This document shows positions 55,170-55,604 of a stretch of 55,604 nucleotides of DNA, piece after piece. Made by a program: the position numbers and the translations under genes. The stretch lies in IMG/VR virus record IMGVR_UViG_3300004369_000019, positions 1 through 55,604 of that record; one strand, given 5' to 3'. The notes below the pieces were generated by a model. It had not been told where the DNA came from. It searched no databases and saw only the letters and a list, made by a program, of their open reading frames with translations. Origin of the DNA: a virus (taxonomy: Duplodnaviria > Caudoviricetes). The stretch's first letter is position 1. The number at the start of each line of letters is the position of its first letter.

Positions 55170-55253
55170 TAGTTGTCTCCAAAAATGAAATGAGTGTTAC
55201 TTAAGAGTGATAGATTCAGTTCAGGCGCATACCATCAAAGAAGGGAATAGTCT

Positions 55254-55403
55254 TTAATCAAGGCAGATAAAATCGTAGTCAATAATGTCCTCACCTTCTT
55301 CAAGATTCAGACATTCAGCAATGGCATCTGGAATGAACTTGCGAGGATGACTATTCTCATCAATCTCGATTTCAATTTTAACAACCCAGGTTTTAGTAGT
55401 CAT
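55254..55403 (-). CDS. Small acidic early-type protein (49 aa)
   Basis: Not in the track. MTTKTWVVKIEIEIDENSHPRKFIPDAIAECLNLEEGEDIIDYDFICLD*. Confidence 0.65.
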   Translation of the reverse strand: MTTKTWVVKIEIEIDENSHPRKFIPDAIAECLNLEEGEDIIDYDFICLD

Positions 55404-55497
55404 AATCAACGGAATGCACCGAGTGATAGGAAAGTGGAAGGAAATGTGTGCTGGGAGGAGTATATTTAATGACCCCTACTCTCAGGGTCAGTGTAAC

Positions 55498-55602
55498 TCA
55501 GAAGTCGAACACGTCAGAGTTAAGTTGAATCACATTCACCCTAGGGTCAGAGAACTTAACACCGTCACCAGTGGTAGCATTACCAACCAACTCTAGGAAG
55601 GT
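55498..55602 (-). CDS. 3' end of a gene entering from beyond the window
   Basis: Open frame TFLELVGNATTGDGVKFSDPRVNVIQLNSDVFDF*, followed by a hairpin at 55470-55490. Confidence 0.5.
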   Translation of the reverse strand, partial: TFLELVGNATTGDGVKFSDPRVNVIQLNSDVFDF

Positions 55603-55604
55603 TT

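Noticed and set aside
929-55596. All plus-strand ORFs and short nested minus-strand ORFs in the track
   Set aside because: Nearly all overlap long minus-strand genes and look like antisense or off-frame shadows, with no recognisable motifs.
1-55604. tRNA, rRNA, introns, IS elements, photosynthesis genes
   Set aside because: None recognised by eye; intergenic gaps are mostly too short. tRNAscan and Infernal were not run.

Overview
This window is part of a T4-like cyanomyovirus (Kyanoviridae-type; inferred host Synechococcus or Prochlorococcus). It is AT-rich and every credible gene is on the minus strand, so it reads right to left. Order: small early-type ORFs and a possible nuclease (55.6-54.2 kb); a non-coding gap; a GT-A glycosyltransferase and small conserved genes; baseplate gp25-gp6-gp7 (4324 aa)-gp8; a VrlC/DUF4815-type virion protein that appears split in two (2233 aa + 834 aa); neck/tail gp13-gp14-gp15; small terminase gp16; then a ~21 kb variable island of tail fibres, a Gly-rich adhesin, a fibre chaperone, a subtilisin and probable head-internal proteins. 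NTAAATA late promoters precede most genes. Two things stand out. (1) Five phycobiliprotein-like domains sit in virion proteins, four nested inside the 1686-aa fibre-like protein and one in gp7. They keep cysteines equivalent to both bilin-attachment sites (Cys84 and beta-Cys155), suggesting a pigment-carrying, possibly light-responsive virion. (2) The VrlC-like protein ends in a Hint (intein-like) domain, a 307-aa very basic Pro/Arg/Lys cargo and a peptidase-S74 chaperone split across two genes, which looks like a self-excising cationic payload. All family calls are by eye from motifs and gene order; no database search was run.
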